DNA from: Mantamonas sphyraenae STR306
Lineage: Eukaryota > Protista > CRuMs
Direction: 5' to 3'
Length of the DNA stretch: 64,000 nt
NCBI GenBank assembly: GCA_026936335.1
Contig: JAPMXV010000007.1
Span: 310,001 to 374,000, forward strand
Shown: positions 22,401-32,600 of the stretch, in pieces
Layout: each line of letters begins with the position of its first letter
How positions within the stretch are numbered: position 1 is the first letter of the stretch
Notes under the pieces: generated by a model
What the model saw: only the letters and a program-made list of their open reading frames with translations
The model's database searches: none
What the model was told of the DNA's origin: nothing
Made by a program: the position numbers and the translations under genes

Positions 22401-22609
22401 TGGTTGGGGCGACACCGAACCAGCTGAAACTGCAGCGGTCGCTTCCTGCGTTGCCCGCATTGCCGCGCAGACTCATTCCGCCGCCTGTGCGGCGCGCGTC
22501 TGCGCAGCAAGTGTTGGGCATGCTGGGCAATCCTGCTGCAGCGCCGCAGTCCGACGTGGACGACTACGACCAGCGCCAGGACCAGAACAAGGCGGAACGT
22601 GCAAAGTAG
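19421..22609 (+). CDS. Large, mostly low-complexity protein containing a degenerate HD-phosphohydrolase-like domain
   Basis: Open frame 19316-22609, with the first convincing ATG at 19421. A globular block at ~19815-20455 follows the spacing of a bacterial HD family. The rest is S/G/T-rich with short coiled coils. Confidence 0.8.
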   Translation: MEPEENDVWDNVYDPAVSPGGLSDPMAASYRSGSDEGVFYKRQPARRSVSHDDESPVSRQRRKAAESTEHRRVYEQPYQRAATSLDEDLQELQALGGPTPTTPLAQSSHTMINVVGGTQRGMRLLQPLDDMQLPFHNIETVRSMLDFADEVTLWEGLPYTESGLLTLALVFYHVGMSIQYFHFHFHSSNMVKEELNRYGCTEGYLEVICNAIHACSQPMEPQNVLERIMCDALHFYITSDDYIRYLALQYEEMVKVSATKDTGLRTSSSSSSASSSSSSSSSSSTGEGETTEGKKSSKHIEPTTITASQWFHSQLVQLVKHQWYTISADRIHTARKRKSLTKLKMALAEVAKMEEEPTVEDFIRLEQTFNRNWDKAEESNSDLFSLSTQTLVEKHLRQQEERHSSSSDELDIDEEEEQHSNASSLEEQRPESNVGVHEPMSNTGTATGTGGMGKSGSNVTSDNAFGHSTSFSTDGGQEEALQMTMSQAALVSPQFQPGFPARQPPPFSPKKYTSGSSSMSPLPNLGGSGPRERKVKGRSTPQPASERGRWKQNARKTSLNTTPSTQNLEAVKNTLAVWGGGPGAHSVTMLVLRNRAQEEDEATLADVNNPNGGEQQWNSQGNLDMAGGVNATEAAAAGVGHASNTSPSNTLASAEGSVPGARSTNDVYVNGTVHGAAKNQVQRMLNDLEDDGSLSSPSTSGSGSDSDKGLLATKRKQAVGAMKSAWTKLVNGSGARNEIALRMTKSLPDGGDGGRAKDKQRSSTKDRRKRGEDERAEEMEELRARMAERGERNTMPDGWLNGGTRKRSPLVKSASSPNMEVDSDSGGSSSGSGSSKEVLVRSAWWKRARRMFNKKRVAAKVERKTMHAEQQLSERMTELARMQEEQARRTNVDSTRASPPGAESRNNSLVADQLRKAAQQLSAEQAEAERLGMTTTTTTTTTTTTTTTTTADGRSGATNTMIKSESNSSGNSGDHSSSSSDSQFGSMERGVLSMVGATPNQLKLQRSLPALPALPRRLIPPPVRRASAQQVLGMLGNPAAAPQSDVDDYDQRQDQNKAERAK
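22219..22270 (+). repeat. (ACG/ACA)n trinucleotide run encoding poly-Thr
   Basis: About 17 consecutive Thr codons. Similar coding poly-Ser runs occur near 16195, 17045, 20220, 24225, 27530 and 40358. Confidence 0.9.
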
Positions 22610-22839
22610 GTCGCACGCAGCCATAGAAGAAGAATGAAGGGAAGGAAATGTGCCAACAACAACACAGTCGAGGTCATGGAACGAGAAGGAGGGGTGAGGG
22701 CAGGTGGAAGGGGCTGCCAACGTGGCAGGAGGGGTTGGTGTGGCCGTTGCGGCAAAGAAGAGGACATGGTGGTGTGGAGACAGCGAATGGGAGGTGGACA
22801 CAAACAACACACACACACATGCAAGGCAGTCACTTCACT

Positions 22840-23028
22840 TCATTTGATCTTTCGTCCTGCGCCGAAGCGTGACTTGCGCTTTTCCTTCTTGGCCTTCTTG
22901 GCTCCGAGCTTGGGTGTGGGCTGGGCGTTCTGCACAAGGGACCACGCGGCAAAGGCAAAGAAGGCAATGAGGATGACGAGGAAGAGAATCCACAGCGTCT
23001 TGTCGCTGGCAAGACCAAACAGGGCCAT
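22840..23028 (-). CDS. 62-aa single-pass membrane microprotein with basic tail
   Basis: CACCATGG start context, C-ending codon usage like neighbouring genes, one TM helix (LWILFLVILIAFFAFAAWSLV), then PTPKLGAKKAKKEKRKSRFG. It fills an otherwise empty gap in a very compact region. Confidence 0.7.
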   Translation of the reverse strand: MALFGLASDKTLWILFLVILIAFFAFAAWSLVQNAQPTPKLGAKKAKKEKRKSRFGAGRKIK

Positions 23029-23079
23029 GGTGAAGGCGCAGACAAGGGATGAGTTGGGCTGGGAGAGGGAGGGCCGAGG

Positions 23080-23375
23080 ATTTCATTTCGTTTTGCCATC
23101 CACCACACACAGTGCAGTGCGGTTGGATTGCGGCTTGCTTCGCAACGGTGGTTGTATGTGTTTGTATGTGTTGCATGTGTGTGTGTGTGTGTGTCCGTGT
23201 GTGTGTGTGGCTGCTCACTGAGTCGAATTTCATTTCGTTTTGCCATCCACCACACACAGTGCAGTGCGGTTGGATTGCGGCTTGCTTCGCAACGGTGGTT
23301 GTATGTGTTTGTATGTGTTGCATGTGTGTGTGTGTGTGTGTCCGTGTGTGTGTGTGGCTGCTCGCTGAGTCGAAT
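23080..23375. repeat. Direct tandem duplication, 2 x 147 bp
   Basis: ATTTCATTTCGTTTTGCCATCC... starts at 23080 and again at 23227. The copies differ at one visible position (ctcActg versus ctcGctg). Confidence 0.95.
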
Positions 23376-24222
23376 CAGAACTTTGTGGGCTGGACCTGCA
23401 GCATCTCCTCCTTGACTTCCTTGTACGAGGACTTTGTGTCGTCGTGCAGCTTGACCATGACGACGCTTGTGGCCCGCTTGGTGTTGCTGGCGACGCCAAT
23501 GTCGGCCTTGGACTGCAGCCAAATGTAGGGCAGGTTGTGTGTTTCACAGAGCACAGGGATGTGGCTCAGAATGTCGATGGGCGAGATGTCGCCTGCAATA
23601 ATGACCAGTCTGGGGTGGACGAGTGCGGCAAAGGGAGGTGTGTGGGCGTGAGTGGAGGGAACCGGTGGACATGTGTAACACTGGCCGTGCCACAGCGACA
23701 GGGGCAGGGTGCACGACGAGAGAGAGAGCGAGCGAGAATGTTGGGCATGCAGAAAACGCACCCCTTTTCCCCCTTGCGGATGGCCTTGACGACCTCCTTC
23801 ACGCCACGGCGCAGTCCCTTGACCTTGGACGCTGTGGAAACAAAGGCAAGGATGGACATGGGCACGGGTGGTGTACGGTGTGAGCGACGTGTGGGGCGGT
23901 GGCAGTCTCGGGGCCGGTCACGGCACGGCATGCGCAGCAAAGCGCAGGTAAGGCACAACACAGGAAGTAGATCGGATATGGGTGGGATGCGTTGAGGCAG
24001 CAAACGACGGGCCACGTTGTTGGGGGAATGCGGGCCTGCACACTCACTCTTCTTGATGAGCTTGAGCACACGCTTGGTCATCTTGCGGCCAGCGAGCGGA
24101 CTGGCAATGACGGCGATGTTGGCACGCGTCTCACCCTCCTTGACCTCAAAAGCAGGCGCATCGGAGGAGTTGCTGGCGGTCTCGTCCACAGACATGCGCT
24201 TCTTGCTCTTCTTGCTCTTCTT

Positions 24223-24253
<31 letters not shown>

Positions 24254-24255
24254 AT
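23375..24255 (-). CDS. NHP2: H/ACA RNP subunit NHP2 (L7Ae family)
   Basis: Exons 24255-24048, 23831-23762, 23609-23375 (170 aa). IASPLA, LRRGVKEVVKAIRKGEKG, IIAGDISPIDILSHIPVLCE, TKRATS. Confidence 0.95.
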
Positions 24256-24323
24256 GTTTGGGACGGAGGTTTCGGTGCCCTTTCCTGCGCTGGCGAGGCC
24301 ACATTGACACCAGCCATCCAAAC

Positions 24324-25988
24324 ATGCCAAAGTTGTCCGACACTATGGCCGGGGCGCTGACGTCCACAGCAGGCGGTGCGGTGTATGGCTACAACATTGG
24401 GGTCATTGCCACGACGACGCCGCTGATGGCCACCCACTTTGGGTTGGATCCTTACGAACAGGGCCTGTCGTCCACCAGCATGGTGCTCGGTGGCATGCTG
24501 TCCTCGTTTGCAGCAGGGGCACTTGCGGACAAGTACGGCAGGCGGCACACTCTGAGTGTGACGGGTGTGCTGGCGCTGTTGAGTGCCATTGGCGCGGGAC
24601 TTGTCGACGACGTGTGGGCCGTGTACGGCTTCCGCGTGCTCGCTGGCATGTCCATCGGCCTGGCTGGTGTCGTGGCTCCCATGTACACCACCGAGATTGC
24701 GCCTCCTGAGATGCGTGGCATGCTTGTGTCTGCCTTTCAGCTCTCGGTGACCTTTTTCATCTTTGCCGCCTATCTGATGGGCTACCTGCTCGTGCCCTTG
24801 GGCCCGGCTGTGGGCTGGAAGTACATGTTTGTGTTCTGCGGTGTGCCTGCCGTGGGCCTTACTGTGCTTGCCGCCTTGTTCCTGCCCCAATCGCCCACCT
24901 GGTCAACCACCACCCGCGCTCCGTACGTGCCTTTTTTCCCGCAAACGAGCGCGTGCGACTTTGTTTGCGTGTCTGCTTGCATTGGCCCCGCCCACCTTTG
25001 CCTCCCTTGCAGCGCTCCACACACGCACTGACACGGCTGTTGGATGTGCACACACACCATCGCACATGGGCGGTGGGACGCATGTGCACTCGTGCGCCGA
25101 CATACCCACCCGCATACCCACAGGGAGAAGCGTTCGCTGCTTCGCAACCAGGACAAGGCCGGGTTGGGAGGCGAGGCCAAGGAGGACGAGAGTGGCCAGG
25201 GAGAGGAGGATCCAGAAGCAGTGGTGTCGGACACAGAAGGACGGGGTAGGAAACGTGGTGCCTCGGCTGCTGTGAGCGGTGTGACCCAGCTGGGCAACAG
25301 CGCAGCAGCGCCCGGTGCTGCGGGTGCTGACGATGTGGCAGCCGCAGACAGCGAGTGGTCGGCCCTGTGGAGGGATCCCAAGAACCTGCGTGCGCTGCGC
25401 ATCGGCGTGATGATGTCGCTGGCCAACCAGCTCACAGGCATCAACACAGTGATCTTTTTCGCCCCGACCATCTTTGACCGCGCCGGTCTGCCGCCCTACA
25501 TTGCCACGGTAGGCCTCGGTGCATGGAACTTTATCACCACCGTGGCTGCAGTGCGTGTGATCGACAAAGCCGGGCGACGCAAGCTCATGCTCGTCGGCCT
25601 CGCGGGCATTTTCATTTCAGAGACAATCATTGGCGCAGCCTTTGTGGGCGACGCACAGGTCTCACTGGCGGTGTCCATTCTGACCATTGGTGGCACGCTG
25701 GTCTTTGTGGCTGCGTTTGAGTTTGGTCCCGGTCCCTGTTACTTTGTCCTCACCTCGGAGCTGTTCCCCAGTGCCGTGCGTGGCAAGGCCATGACTGTGT
25801 GCTCCGTTACGGTCTGGCTCTTCAACCTGCTTATTTCCGAGTTCTCTCTGCCGCTGTTCAACGCCATCGGCATCGGCACGGTGTTTCTGATTTTTGCCGG
25901 CGTCGCTCTCCTCTGCCTCGCCTTTGTGTACTTCCGTGTGCCAGAGACAAAAGGCATGGAACTGGACGAGATCCGCAACCGGCTGTGA
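24324..25988 (+). CDS. MFS sugar porter (SLC2/GLUT-like)
   Basis: Exons 24324-24922 and 25124-25988. YGYNIGVI, DKYGRR, PMYTTEIAPPEMRG, PQSP, NQLTGINTVIFFAP, DKAGRR, SELFPSAVRG, VPETKG. Confidence 0.95.
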
Positions 25989-26062
25989 GCGCGAGGCGTC
26001 CACTCATTGCGGTGCCCCGGCCACGACGCCGGCGAAACCATCCAAAAAAACCAGTAGCAAAT

Positions 26063-26815
26063 GTACGTGGATTCCATGACATACACGAGAGACATGTGGG
26101 CAGTGGGTCTGGACGCACCTGGCGTGTGCGGTGTGTGTGTGTGTGTACGGCGTGTGTGGCGCTCGTGAGCGTGTGCGGTGTGCTTGGCCGTGCCTTTGCG
26201 ATTGTTTGGGCGCGGCTGCATGCACACGACGCTGCGGGCCGGCACAAACGGAGACTCAGGACAGCAGACGACGCAGCAGGTAGCCACAGCGCTGCACGTG
26301 CATGTAGGGTGTGTGCAGGACGTGTGTATGGCAGACGCAGATCCTTGATGCGTGCGTGCGGGACGTGCCAGAGGGCAAGGGGATTGGCAAACCCTCGCCC
26401 CTTTGCGCTCGTTCAGACGCACCCTGCATCCCATACGCCGTCTTTACAGCCACACCCGCTTGCGTGTGCACGCATGTGTGTCTCTGTGTGTCCGTGCATC
26501 TGTCTCTCCGTGCTGTGTGTGTGTCTGTGTGTGCATGGGGACGCGCTGGAGGCCAGAGTGCAATTCGGCAACATGCATTTTTTTCGTGCTTCGTCGGCCC
26601 CCGTACACACGCCATTGGACACACACACGCGCGCCACGTCGCTTGATGGCACACACGTGCATCGTACACGCCGCACAACGTCTCGCCTGCGTGCCACATG
26701 CGCTGCCACACGCTTGCAGGCGCGCAGAAGCTGGCTTGCGAGGGACGGCTGAGCGAATTTGCGCCGCCGCGGCTTTTGCAACCGCTGACACAAGCAAAAC
26801 GTGCACTCTACACAG
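26063..26815 (+). other. Predicted 753-nt 5'UTR intron of RPS20
   Basis: GTACGT donor at 26063 after an A/C-rich leader, CGCTGAC branch near 26783, and CACAG acceptor abutting the ATG at 26816. The acceptor is stronger evidence than the donor. Confidence 0.6.
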
Positions 26816-27187
26816 ATGTCGACCACCACGGGCGCCTACAGCAAAAAGGGATTCGAGGGACAGCAAGACCAGTCGTCTGAGTTCAGGCGCATCCGCACGA
26901 CGCTGACGTCGATGAACGTCAAGCACCTGGAGAAGGCCTGCGCGATGCTCCGCAAGAACGCCGAGGACCGCAAGTACGTGGTCAAGGGCCCCAAGCGCAT
27001 GCCTACCAAGGTGCTGCGCATCACCACCCGCAAGTCGCCCTGCGGTAACGGTACCAACACCTGGGACCGCTTTGAGATGCGCATCCACAAGCGCGTCGTC
27101 GACGTGATCGCCCCGCCCGATATTGTCAAGCAGATCACCTCGTTCCCGCTGGACGACAGCGTCAACGTGGAGGTTGTCATGCTTTAA
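26816..27187 (+). CDS. RPS20: 40S ribosomal protein S20 (uS10)
   Basis: [18 protein letters not shown]...[41 protein letters not shown]. Strong codon bias and TAA stop. Confidence 0.98.
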   Translation: MSTTTGAYSKKGFEGQQDQSSEFRRIRTTLTSMNVKHLEKACAMLRKNAEDRKYVVKGPKRMPTKVLRITTRKSPCGNGTNTWDRFEMRIHKRVVDVIAPPDIVKQITSFPLDDSVNVEVVML

Positions 27188-27236
27188 ATCGTTGAAAAAT
27201 TGCAAATGGACACTCCATTTCCTCACGGATTTCCCT

Positions 27237-27526
27237 CTACGCGCTGCCGCTGCCCACCCCATTGCTCAGGTTGAGCATCTGGTGCAAAAAGTCTTGTGGA
27301 GCCATGGTGTCGGTGGCACCGACAATGACTTCAACGCCGGCCTCGTCGCTGACCTCATGGCCTGCACGCAGCTCGGAATAGGTGACGCCGCCCACGCCAA
27401 AGACAATCAGGCGGCCCTGGTTCCCTCGGCGGCTGCTGCTGCTGCCACCGCTGCTGCTGCTGCCTCCCCCTCCACTGTTGCCCCATCGGTTGACACCCAG
27501 CTTGCTCTTGAAGCCGCCCGTGGACG

Positions 27527-27558
<32 letters not shown>

Positions 27559-28655
27559 GACGAGCCGCCGTTGCTCGGTTCCTTCACAAACGGAAACTCG
27601 TCGTTGGACAGCTTGCCCGAGTGGGCACTGAGCATGACCTCTTTCAGCGCAGGCACAAAGCGCGACAGCTCATAGGACACCTCGCTGTTGTTGCGTTTGC
27701 CCTTGCCAAGTTTGCTCATCAGGTTCTTCAGGCCCTTGCCCCACTTCTTGTTGGCCTTGGACAGGTTGATGCCCAGCAGCGACAGGTTGTTCACTGTTTG
27801 CGTCTGGTCCAAGTCAAACCCAGCCAGGTCCATCAGCTTTCGACGCGCGCTGTTCTCCACACCCTCCTGCGAGATGATGTACAGCATGAGCAGACGCATC
27901 TTGTTCTCGGCACTGATGTTGTCGTCTTGCAGCAGCAGCGTCAGACTGGTGCTCAGGCTCGTCACCTGGTTCCCGTTGACGTCAAAGCCGGTCGCCATGT
28001 CTTGCTCCAGGCCGGCCACGTCGTTCAGCTGCTGGCGGTTGAACTCCTCCATGGCATGCGACTGCATCGTCGTGTGCATTGTGTACTGAGCCTTCATCTT
28101 GGAAAACTTTGGGATGGCCTTGACTGTGCTGCGCATGTTCTTCAGGTTCTTGTGCTGCTCCTCGCTGCTTTCCGAATCGCGGCTGCTCACCATGCTCTTG
28201 TTCTCCTCCAGGAAGCGCTTGAACTGGGCAGACACGTCGTTCAGCGCCACTGCAATGTGCTCATATCGATAGCGTTCCCACAGGTCGCCCGACACAAGGG
28301 TTTCCGTGTCTGTGCGCTTGCCCGACCCGTCTGTGTACGAGAAGCGGTACACGTTGTCCTTGCCAACCTTTGCCACATCGCGCACCAGTGCCTCGTACGT
28401 AAACTCGTGCAGCAGGGGGGCCACCATGTCAAAGGTGCGGTCGAAAATCACCAGCGTTCCTGCTGGGCTGCGCGGCGTCACACTCAGATTGTTGCCGTAA
28501 AACTCCTCCAGGGCATCAAACAGCAGGTTGGCAATCGATTGACACATCGTGTCCACCACCTGGTTGCCTGTGTTGGGCTTCTGGTACCGAATCACTGGCT
28601 TCTCCTCAAGCGTCACGCACAAGGACAGCAGCTGTGTGTCGAGAGGACAGCGTGT

Positions 28656-28688
<33 letters not shown>

Positions 28689-29597
28689 CCTATTGTGTGC
28701 TTCATCGTAGTGCCACCTACCTGCTCAACCATGCGCTTTTTGACCTTGGCCACCGCTCCGCCGCTCAAGGCTTGCCCAAACAGTTCGCTCAGCGCGTCCT
28801 CGTAGTTGAGCGTGAATGCAGTGGGCCCCACGGCTGTTCATGTGCAGTGGATTACACATGCGTAGTCGTCGATGGTGTGCAACGTGTCCGTGTGCATGTC
28901 TCGTGTCAGCGCCCGGAGCCGGCCCGTTGTGCGGCGGTCGTCAGGGAGGAAACTGAAAATCGGAAGCAACTCACCGTTGAAATCCAGGTAGAACTCCTTC
29001 AGGGTGGCCAGCTTGGCCATCAGGTCCTTGCTGCTGCTCATGGCGTCAATCACAGCGTCGCTTGCGCCTGTGGTTGTGTGTGCAGAGTGTGCGTGTGTGG
29101 TGTGTGTCAGACGGGGGGAGGGACTCCTGCGTGGGAAATCGCGCGGTGGAAACAAACGCACGTCCGGTGAAAAACACGTGGGCCTTGGCATAGATGGCTC
29201 CTCCGGCCCAGTTGTCTTCTTGAAAGTCCTCCACAATCTTGGCCGCGTTCTCCTCTGTCGGCTCCAGCAAGTAGATCATCTCCCAATCCTGCAGCGGCTG
29301 CCTGCGCAGCTCGACAAACTCCGTCACTGCAAACAAGGCGTACACGGTGTCAGCGTTGTGGACATACCTCTCGCCCCACATCCCCTTTATCGCTGTGGGT
29401 GTACACTGTCTCTGTCATCGTCGTCCACACGTACCCATCACGCCCTCGTCAATGAGGCTGTCCATGTCCATGAACGAACTGAGCATCGACACGGAGCGCT
29501 TGTCCACGACCAAGCCCTTGAAACCCGAGCTCGGATTGACAGTGCTAAGCACCTCAGACACCAATCGGTCGTATGCCAACTCTTTGATGTTGCTCAT
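27237..29597 (-). CDS. Sec1/Munc18 (STXBP-type) SM protein
   Basis: Exons 29597-29435, 29326-29162, 29067-28975, 28833-28721, 28631-27237 join in frame. KGLVVD, RRQP, IYLLEP, LCVTLEEKPVIRY, IFDRTFDMVAPLLHEFTYEAL, LEQDMATG, YELSRFVP, VFGVGGVTYSELR. Confidence 0.95.
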
Positions 29598-29657
29598 GCT
29601 TCCTGCGCGGTTGTCTTGCCGCTGCCCTCGCTCCGCCAACACACATCCCAAAGACCC

Positions 29658-32600
29658 ATGTCCAGTCTGCGATTCGAACATTCGCTGCCGGCTCACAAGA
29701 AGTACAGCAAAAGTGTGAGCGGCAAGTCGCGGAACAACAAGGCCACCCTGGCCTCAGTCCGAGGACTGGACGACGAGGAGAACGACGCTTCTGAAGAAGC
29801 CATGCTCGTATGTGGATTCCACCCCGGCGCTCATTTTGCTGTCTGCATGCCACCACACACGAGTTGCTGTGCACCCAGCTGCGTTTGGTCCTGCTTCGCA
29901 GCCTGTGTGTCCCGTGAGGCACGCTCGTGTCACTCGACCGTTTTGCGCGCCCTCAACCCGCCCTTTGCGTACCCCGTCGCGCACGCACTCACACGCCTCC
30001 TCTCGCACCTTCACCTGCAGAAACCGAGTGAATTCATCAAGAGCATTCGGCAGGACACGGGGGACCTGCTGCAGAAGACCGGCCTCAAGCGCAACAAGCC
30101 CGAGATCATCGAGTTCTTGCGATTGGCCGACTTTTCCATCCACACAGAGTGCAATGTCGATGTCGACGACACCATCTTCCAACCCTTCCCCCAGGAGATT
30201 GTGTTTCAGAACTACGAGCCCTTTCAATCTTACGAGCTCGTCCTCTATCTGCGCAACAACGACAAGGCATGTTGGCCCCTCGCCAACGGAAACGCCCTCC
30301 ACCTCGGCCCCGGCTCACACACACGTCCCACACGCACACACAACCGCCCACACCGCACACAGTTTGGCCGCCGCGTGAAAATCACCCCTCCCGACTCGGC
30401 CTACTTTGCCGTGTCTGCCCCCAAGATGAATGTCAAGGCCAACAAGGGCAAGGTTGCGCCGGGCATGGAGGTCTCGGCAACGGTTACTTTCACGCCCGAC
30501 TCCACACGAGATTACCAGTACGACCTCATTGTGGTCACCGAACGCGAAAAGTTCATTGTGCCCATCCGGTGCATTGGTGCACGTGGTGCCCTGGACTTTC
30601 CCGACGCGTTGCACTTTGCCGCGGCACCCGTGAAACACACCACCACGCGCACCGTACTCGTACGCAACGTCGGTGTCAAGCCCGTCAAGTTTGCCCTCAG
30701 CTGCCCCGAGCCGTTTGCCACTGTTTCTGAGGGCTATCTCGACGTCGACGCCTGCACACAGATCGCAGTCGACTTTCATCCGCGGGTGCGTTTTGGCGCG
30801 CGCGCCTCCCGCATTGCCTTCTTCCCCCCTTTCTCCGCGTCCCTGTATCCCACCTGCGCCTGGCGTCGTCCCATGCGCCGTAACTGTGCCTTGCTGACAT
30901 CTGTGTGCTTCTGTGGACATCCGACGTCCCCCCCCCCCCCACAGCAAACGGGTGACTATCAAGCGCCGCTGCTCATCACGTACGACTCGGGCGAGACTGT
31001 CGCCTGCCAGCTCACGGGTGAGGCAGAGGACGTGAACATCCGGCTGGAAAAGAGCACAGTGCGCCTGGAGCCCACGTTCATCTCGCTCAGCAGCCAGGCC
31101 ACGTTTCGCATCTTCAACCGCAGCAACATCACTGCCAAGTTTGCTTGGAAGCGCTATGCGACTGCACACGACGACAATCAGCACCGCATGCGCTCCAACC
31201 TTGAACTGGCCAAGGAGGAGGCCGCCGTAGCCATGGGCGAGCAGTCGGGCCTCTTGTCTAGCGAGGCAGCCGCGTCGTCGTCGTCTTCGCAGAGCAATGG
31301 TAAGTTGCGCTGTGTGTGTGTGTGTGTGTTGCCACGCGTTGCCTTTATCTAACACTTGCACCCTCTGCGTGTGTGGTGACACTGTTGCAGTCGACGCCCA
31401 GTTGTCGTCTACCATGCTGGCACGGCAGTTCAAGCAGCTGGGCAAAGACATCGAGGCTGATCCTCTGCTGTTTCAAGACGAATGCTTCACCATCACGCCT
31501 GAGGAGGGCACGGTGAGGCCCGGCTCGCAGGTGGAGGTGACGGTGTTGTTCAATCCCATCCTTGCGCAGCAATATTCGCGCACCGCGTTTTTGGAAATCA
31601 GCGGACGCGAAAGCAGGCTGCCGCTACAGATCAAGGCACCCGGCCTGGGACCGCACGTTGCGTTCAGCTACGATTTCCTGGACATCGGTGGCGTGTACGT
31701 GGACACCATCCACCAGTACGAGCTGTTCCTGGAGAACCAGGGCCAGATTCCAGCCGACTTTGAGATGGACCCAGTGGTGTCGTCGTTTGGCCAGCGCTTT
31801 GCCATCGAACCCACTCATGGCCACCTGGATGTGGGCCAGAGCCAACGTGTGCAGGTGACATTTGACTCGTCACAGTGCCTGGGCACGTTTGCCGAGCAGT
31901 TTGACTGGCGCGTGGGCGGCTCGCCCGAACCGCTGCACATTACCATCCGCGGCGAAGTGGTCGGCCCCAACTTTAGCTTTGATGTGCACAGCGTCGACTA
32001 TGGCATCATCAGCTACGGGTTCCTGAGCACGGCCACGTTCTATCTGCAGAACACGTCTGAAATCCCGCTTCTGTACGCCCTGCGCATCCCCAGCAACAAG
32101 AGCTTTGGCGAGCAGGAATTTGAGATCACGCCGTCCACTGGCGCAGTGCGTGCGTTTGGCAAACAGCAGATCCAACTCAACTTTACACCCGGCAGCGTGG
32201 CCAAGTACGACACGAAGCTGGTGGTCGACGTGGACAACGTGGGACCCAACCTGCTGTCGATTCCCGTGCGCGCAGAGGCGGTCATCCCCAAGATCCGGCT
32301 GTTGACAACGCACCTGGACTTTGGCGAGTGCTACATCCGCCACACATACACCATGGAGGTGTTGTTTTCCAACGAAAGCGATCTGCCGGCGACGTACGAG
32401 CTGCTCACCCAGGACGAAGACAGCAAGAACCTGGCCTTGTACGACGTGGACGAAGACCATGGCACCATCCCCGCAGGCATGCCACAGATCCCAGCGGAGC
32501 GCATTGTGCTTCTGACCATCACGCCGCAGCGTCTTGGCAGCATCAGCCTGCAGGCGGGATTTAGCATTGTGGGCAGCGACCAGCCTCCGTTTATGATCAG

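Noticed and set aside
22830-23547. ORFs with duplicated His/Thr- or Cys/Val-rich peptides
   Set aside because: Translations of the 147-bp non-coding duplication and its (GT)n tracts.
27123-28805. 560-aa plus-strand ORF, and similar long antisense ORFs over HYDIN, the coiled-coil gene and others
   Set aside because: Shadow frames of GC-rich, codon-biased real genes on the opposite strand; no motifs of their own.
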